64,000 nt of DNA from Halarcobacter sp. (lineage in GTDB: Bacteria > Campylobacterota > Campylobacteria > Campylobacterales > Arcobacteraceae): contig CP182352.1 of the NCBI GenBank assembly GCA_048571215.1, positions 1,280,001 to 1,344,000 on the forward strand. Reading direction: 5' to 3'. Positions 58,948 through 64,000 of this stretch are shown piece after piece. Both the position numbers and the translations under genes were made by a program. The notes under the pieces are model-generated. The model ran no database searches. It was given only the letters and a program-made list of their open reading frames with translations, and was not told where the DNA came from. Every line of letters begins with the position of its first letter. Positions within the stretch are counted from its first letter, which is position 1.

Positions 58948-59352
58948 ATGTTCGGAATGGGTTTTATGGAAATTCTTCTAATTGCAATAGTTGCAATTAT
59001 TGCATTGGGTCCTGAAAAACTACCTAGTGCTATGGTAGAGATAGCAAAGTTTATTAAAAAGTTCAAATCAGGTTTAGAAGATGCAAAATCTACCCTTGAT
59101 AATGAGATTAATATAACTGAAATGAAAAGTGAAGCTTCTAAGTTTAAAGCTCAAATTGAAGATGCAAAATCAACTTTAGATTTAAAACAAAATGTTAATT
59201 TAGGGCTTGATAAGATTATTAATGAAGATGTAACTTTTGATAAGGTGGACAAAGTAGATAAGGAAGAAAAAATATCTATAAAGGAACCTAAAAAGAAAAA
59301 TAAAAAATCACAATCTAAAGATGAAAATATTAGTGTTGAGGAAGAAAAGTAA
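58948..59352 (+). CDS. tatB: Sec-independent translocase TatB
   Basis: MFGMGFMEILLIAIVAIIALGPEKLP; probable start 58948 (track 58933). Confidence 0.9.
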   Translation: MFGMGFMEILLIAIVAIIALGPEKLPSAMVEIAKFIKKFKSGLEDAKSTLDNEINITEMKSEASKFKAQIEDAKSTLDLKQNVNLGLDKIINEDVTFDKVDKVDKEEKISIKEPKKKNKKSQSKDENISVEEEK

Positions 59353-60083
59353 TGTTAGAAGATTTAAAACCACACATTGCTGATTTACGAAAAAGATTAA
59401 TCTACTCAGCTTTAACTCTTATAGTTGCATTTTTTGCATGTTTTTCTTTTTATGAACCAATTTTACAATGGATGATGGTTCCTGTTGAAGCTGTTTTACC
59501 AGCTAACTCACATATGGTTGCAGTTGAGATTCAAGAGACTTTTTTTACAGCGCTTAAGGTTGCTTTTTTCTCTGGATTTATAGTTTCCTTACCTGTTATA
59601 TTTTGGCAAATGTGGTTGTTTTTAGCGCCAGGACTTTATGAACATGAAAAAAAGCTAGTAATACCTTTTGTGATATTTGCAACAACAATGTTTTTAATGG
59701 GTTCATCATTTGCTTATTATGTTGTTGTACCATTTGGTTTTGAATTTTTAATAAATTTTGGTTCAGCTGTTGTTACAGTATTACCTAGTATTGGTAAGTA
59801 TGTAGGGTTCTTCACTAAATTGTTATTTGGTTTTGGTGTGGCATTTGAATTACCAGTTATTACATTTTTTCTAGCAAAAATTGGTTTAGTCGATGATAGA
59901 ATGTTAAAAGATTTCTTTAAATATGCTGTTGTACTTATTTTTATTTTTGCAGCACTTTTAACTCCACCTGATGTTTTAACTCAGTTTTTAATGGCAGGAC
60001 CATTGATTTTATTATATGGTTTATCTATTTATATAGCAAAAATATTTAATCCAGCAAGTGTTGAAGAAGATGAGGAAGAGTAA
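59352..60083 (+). CDS. tatC: Sec-independent translocase TatC
   Basis: HIADLRKRL, FLAPGLY, FELP, TPPD. Confidence 0.95.
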   Translation: MLEDLKPHIADLRKRLIYSALTLIVAFFACFSFYEPILQWMMVPVEAVLPANSHMVAVEIQETFFTALKVAFFSGFIVSLPVIFWQMWLFLAPGLYEHEKKLVIPFVIFATTMFLMGSSFAYYVVVPFGFEFLINFGSAVVTVLPSIGKYVGFFTKLLFGFGVAFELPVITFFLAKIGLVDDRMLKDFFKYAVVLIFIFAALLTPPDVLTQFLMAGPLILLYGLSIYIAKIFNPASVEEDEEE

Positions 60084-61107
60084 AATTTTAGACCCCCTTA
60101 AAACCTCAAGTTATGATTATAGTTTACCAAAAGAGTTAATCGCAACAAAACCAGTATATCCCGCTGATAGTGCAAGATTACTGGTTTATGATAGACAAAA
60201 TGACAAAATAACCCATACTACATTTAAACATCTTTTAGATTTTCTTCCAAAAGATTTATCTATATTTTTAAATGATACAAAAGTAATCAAAGCAAGAATT
60301 TTTGGTGAAAAAGAATCTGGTGGAAAAATAGAACTACTATTTAATAAACCTTTATTTATGGATAGATTTCTAGTAATGATTAGAGGGAAAGTAAAGCTTG
60401 GAACAAAACTTTTTTTTGATAATAAACTAAATGCAGAAGTTTTAGAAGTAAATGAAGATGGTAGTCGAGTTGTAAACTTTTTTCAAGGTGATAAAAAACT
60501 TGATTTTTTAGCTCTTGTTGAGATATTAAACTCTATAGGACATTTACCTTTACCACCTTATATGAATAGAGAAGATGAAGAAAAAGATAATGAAGATTAT
60601 CAAACTTTATTTGCCAAAAACTATGGGGCAGTTGCAGCTCCAACTGCATCCTTACACTTTACAAATGAGTTATTGGAACAATTAAATAAAAACTTTCCTG
60701 TAAACTACTTGACTTTACATGTGGGTGCTGGTACTTTTAAACCAGTTGATGTGGATGAGATATTATCCCATCCTATGCATAGTGAGTATTTTGAGATTGA
60801 TATTGAGGCTAAAAAAGCTATTGATGAGGCAAAAAAAGTTTTAGCAGTTGGTACTACTGTTACTAGAACTATTGAATACTATGCTAGAACAAATAAAATA
60901 CAAGGTGAATGTGATTTGTTTTTAAACCCAGCAAATAAACCTATAAAAGTTGATCATTTATTAACAAACTTTCATTTACCAAAATCAACACTTATTATGC
61001 TTATTGCATCATTTTTAGGATTAGAAAAAACTTTAGAGGTATATCAAGAGGCTATAAAAGAGAAATATAGATTTTACTCTTATGGCGATGGTATGTTGAT
61101 TATTTAA
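60058..61107 (+). CDS. queA: SAM:tRNA ribosyltransferase-isomerase
   Basis: NDTKVIKAR, PLPPY, AAPTASLHF, LHVGAGTF, YRFYSYGD. Confidence 0.95.
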   Translation: MLKKMRKSKILDPLKTSSYDYSLPKELIATKPVYPADSARLLVYDRQNDKITHTTFKHLLDFLPKDLSIFLNDTKVIKARIFGEKESGGKIELLFNKPLFMDRFLVMIRGKVKLGTKLFFDNKLNAEVLEVNEDGSRVVNFFQGDKKLDFLALVEILNSIGHLPLPPYMNREDEEKDNEDYQTLFAKNYGAVAAPTASLHFTNELLEQLNKNFPVNYLTLHVGAGTFKPVDVDEILSHPMHSEYFEIDIEAKKAIDEAKKVLAVGTTVTRTIEYYARTNKIQGECDLFLNPANKPIKVDHLLTNFHLPKSTLIMLIASFLGLEKTLEVYQEAIKEKYRFYSYGDGMLII

Positions 61108-61116
61108 GGAGAGAAA

Positions 61117-61854
61117 ATGGTTAATTATATATTATTTGATACAGAAACTACAGGAAATCAAGAAGAGGATAGAGTTATCCAATTTGGAGCAATGATTGTG
61201 AACCAACAAGGTAAAGTTGAGTGTTATGATGAATTTTGTTCAAGTGATGTTGAGATTAAACTTGAAGCTATGGAAGTACATAATATCACTTCTGATTTAA
61301 TAGAAGGGAAACCTAAAGCTGTTGAAACAAGTTTTTATAAAAAACTTGAGGAGTTGAATTCACCTCAAAACTATCTAATAGCTCATAATATCTCTTTTGA
61401 TTTAGGGATGATACAAAAAGAAGGGTTTGTAAACTCTTATCAACTAATTGATACTTTAAGATGTGCTAAACATCTATTTCCAGAACTTCCTTACCATAGG
61501 TTACAATATATTAGATATGCTTTAGAACTATATAAAACAGAAGCACAAGAAGCTGCTAAACATAATATAACTATAAAAGCTCATGATGCAATTGGAGACG
61601 TCTTAGTTATGAAGCTATTTTTATCTAAACTTGTAACAAAATGTAGAGAGATCTATCCAGATTATAATCCTATGGAAAAATTAGCTGATTTAACCAAAAC
61701 ACCAGTTCTTATTAAAACCTTTAGATTTGGTAAATATAAAGGTAAAGATATTGCTCAAGTTGCCCTTGAAGATGCTGGATATCTAAACTGGATGAGAACA
61801 AATATGGACTTAGATGAAGACTTAAAATATACTCTTGACAAGGTTTTAGGATAA
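61117..61854 (+). CDS. DEDDh 3'-5' exonuclease (ExoX-like)
   Basis: FDTETTG, AHNISFD, AHDAIGD, C-terminal FGKYKG. Confidence 0.85.
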   Translation: MVNYILFDTETTGNQEEDRVIQFGAMIVNQQGKVECYDEFCSSDVEIKLEAMEVHNITSDLIEGKPKAVETSFYKKLEELNSPQNYLIAHNISFDLGMIQKEGFVNSYQLIDTLRCAKHLFPELPYHRLQYIRYALELYKTEAQEAAKHNITIKAHDAIGDVLVMKLFLSKLVTKCREIYPDYNPMEKLADLTKTPVLIKTFRFGKYKGKDIAQVALEDAGYLNWMRTNMDLDEDLKYTLDKVLG

Positions 61855-61923
61855 TTTTATTCAATTACATAAAAATCTCATTAAAATTTAAATATAATTA
61901 CAAAATTTTAGAAAAAGGTTTAT

Positions 61924-63261
61924 ATGGTGAATAAATTCTCACGAATTGGATTTATTTTAGCAGCAGCTGGTTCTGCTGTTGGACTTGGTAATATTTGGAA
62001 GTTTCCTTATATTGCAGGAGAGTATGGTGGAGGTGCTTTTGTACTAATTTACCTTGTTGCCATTTTGTTTATTGGGCTTACTGTATTTCTTGCAGAAGCT
62101 GTGATTGGTCAAAGTGGGCAAGCAAATGTATCAACTTCATTTGTAAATATATCAAAATCTAAAAATCCAAATTGGAAATTAGCTGGTTTTATGGTTGCAA
62201 CAGGATTGATTATTTTATCTTTTTATTCTGTTGTTTTAGGTTGGATTTTAAATTATGTTATAACTTCATTTGATACATTACCTACAAAAGCGGAAATTGC
62301 TGGTGCAAAATTTGAAAACTTAATTTCAAATGATATTGGTACTCTTTTGATTTATCATACTTTGATTGCTGGTTCTGTAGTTTTTATTGTATTAAAAGGG
62401 ATTAAAGAGGGGATTGAAAAAATCAATTTGATATTGATGCCTTTATTGGGATTAATATTAATAGGTCTTTTAATTTATGCCTTAACACTTGATTCTTTTT
62501 CTCAAGCAGTATCTTTTATGTTTAGTCCTGATTTTAGTAAAATTGATGGGAATGCTTTATTGGCTGCACTAGGACAAGCCTTTTTTACTTTATCACTTGG
62601 TGTGGGTACGATTTTAACATATTCTGCATCATTACCCCAAGAGACTAATTTTGTTAAATCATCTTTTTATGTAGCAGCAGTTGATACAACAATTGCAATT
62701 ATTGCAGGATTGATCATCTTTTCTTTTCTTTTTGAAGCAGGAGCCCCAAGTGCTGCTGGACCTGGTTTAGTATTTATCTCTCTTCCAGTTATCTTCTCAG
62801 GATGGGGAATATTAGGTCATATAATTGCCGTATCGTTTTTTGTTGCTTTAGTTTTTGCAGGAATTACATCAGCTGTTTCAATGATTGAGCCTTCACTTAG
62901 ATTTTTTATTGAAAGATTTAAAATAACAAGGGGAAAAGCTACAATTATTTGTGGTTCAATTTTTTACATTTTAGGTATTGTTGCCTTACTTTCTATGTCA
63001 AAAACATATGGGGAAGAGTTAACTTTTTTTGGAAAAAATGCCTTTGATATTATGGATTTTATGACTTCATCAGTTATGATGCCCCTTGCAGCAATTTTAA
63101 CTTGCGTATTTTTAGGGTATTTTGTTGATAAAAAATTTTTAGAAGAAAAATTCTTAGCACACTGTTCATCAAGTGTTTTTAATACTTGGTATTTTTTAAT
63201 TAGATTTGTTGTTCCTATTGCTATTGTAATTTTATTATTAAATAAATTAGGAGCTATTTAG
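61924..63261 (+). CDS. Sodium-dependent transporter (NSS/SNF family)
   Basis: GSAVGLGNIWKFPY, GQAFFTLSLG, GPGLVF. Confidence 0.92.
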   Translation: MVNKFSRIGFILAAAGSAVGLGNIWKFPYIAGEYGGGAFVLIYLVAILFIGLTVFLAEAVIGQSGQANVSTSFVNISKSKNPNWKLAGFMVATGLIILSFYSVVLGWILNYVITSFDTLPTKAEIAGAKFENLISNDIGTLLIYHTLIAGSVVFIVLKGIKEGIEKINLILMPLLGLILIGLLIYALTLDSFSQAVSFMFSPDFSKIDGNALLAALGQAFFTLSLGVGTILTYSASLPQETNFVKSSFYVAAVDTTIAIIAGLIIFSFLFEAGAPSAAGPGLVFISLPVIFSGWGILGHIIAVSFFVALVFAGITSAVSMIEPSLRFFIERFKITRGKATIICGSIFYILGIVALLSMSKTYGEELTFFGKNAFDIMDFMTSSVMMPLAAILTCVFLGYFVDKKFLEEKFLAHCSSSVFNTWYFLIRFVVPIAIVILLLNKLGAI

Positions 63262-64000
63262 ATGAAAACAGGGTTTTCAAGAGTTGGATTTATTTTAGCA
63301 GCAGCAGGATCTGCTGTTGGTCTTGGTAATATTTGGAAATTTCCCTATGTAACAGGGGAAAATGGTGGAGGAGCTTTTGTAATTCTGTATTTGTTAGCTA
63401 TTGTTTTTATTGGTCTAACAATTTTTATTGCAGAATCGTATATAGGTAGAGAATCAAGAGCAAATGCAGCAGCTGCTTATCAGATTGTTTCAAAATCAAA
63501 AAACAAAAACTGGAGATGGGCAGGATTTCAAATATTTTCTGGAATTGTGATTTTATCTTTTTATGCTTTTATTATTGGTTGGATTTTAAATTATATTATT
63601 ATATCTTTTACAGGACTTCCAACAACTTTAAAAGAGGCTCAAACAGTATTTACAACCTTAATTACTGAAAAAATAGGATTACAAATTTTATTTCATACTA
63701 TTGTTACTGCAACAGTGATTTATATTATTTTAAAAGGTGTAAAAAATGGTATTGAAAAATTAAATTTAATCTTAATGCCTTTACTTGCAATTATTCTTTT
63801 TGGTTTATTAGCATACTCTTTTACCCTTGATTCTTTTTCAAAAGCTTTAGAGTTTATGTTCATGCCTGACTGGTCAAAAATAGATGAAAATGCGATTTTA
63901 GCAGCTGTTGGACAAGCATTTTTTACATTGTCTCTTGGTATGGCTATTATTATCACCTATTCTGCTTCTATGGCAAAAGATGGAAACTTTATAAAATCTT
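63262..64000 (+). CDS. Second NSS/SNF-family transporter, 3' truncated by window (not in ORF track)
   Basis: ATG right after upstream stop; MKTGFSRVGFILAAAGSAVGLGNIWKFPY; frame open to the end. Confidence 0.9.
   Translation, partial: MKTGFSRVGFILAAAGSAVGLGNIWKFPYVTGENGGGAFVILYLLAIVFIGLTIFIAESYIGRESRANAAAAYQIVSKSKNKNWRWAGFQIFSGIVILSFYAFIIGWILNYIIISFTGLPTTLKEAQTVFTTLITEKIGLQILFHTIVTATVIYIILKGVKNGIEKLNLILMPLLAIILFGLLAYSFTLDSFSKALEFMFMPDWSKIDENAILAAVGQAFFTLSLGMAIIITYSASMAKDGNFIKS

Overview
AT-rich bacterial chromosome segment whose gene content (UPF0323 lipoprotein-GspS pair, lpxK-nadE, tatB-tatC-queA) suggests Campylobacterota, probably Arcobacteraceae (inference). From left to right: (1) a TonB/ExbBD locus with two tandem [TonB-dependent receptor + 4Fe-4S membrane protein] modules, a two-component system and matching 11-bp-phased boxes upstream of both receptors; (2) housekeeping genes (Na/Pi cotransporter, trmL, purU, malic enzyme, pgeF, aroE, MscS, rlmF) and a TetR-controlled IorAB/XdhC/MocA molybdoenzyme operon; (3) an accessory/defence island at about 27.5-49.9 kb, all on the minus strand. 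In transcription order it holds sbcD, sbcC, a coupled trio of anti-phage-type dCTP deaminase, P-loop kinase and B12-type radical SAM enzyme, Hachiman hamAB, a DUF2779-like nuclease, a giant exonuclease-RecQ-UvrD fusion bracketed by a duplicated DUF2779 3' end, a WYL regulator, a lipase / Zn-phospholipase C / lipoprotein trio, an ORF6N gene with internal palindromes and a HigBA-like TA pair; (4) core genes to the window end. The best candidate for an undescribed system is the deaminase-kinase-radical SAM module, followed by the WYL-lipase-PLC-lipoprotein module and the sbcCD/DUF2779/WYL scaffold itself. No rRNA, tRNA, CRISPR array, integrase or transposase was recognised. All functional calls come from motif recognition by eye; no database searches were run.
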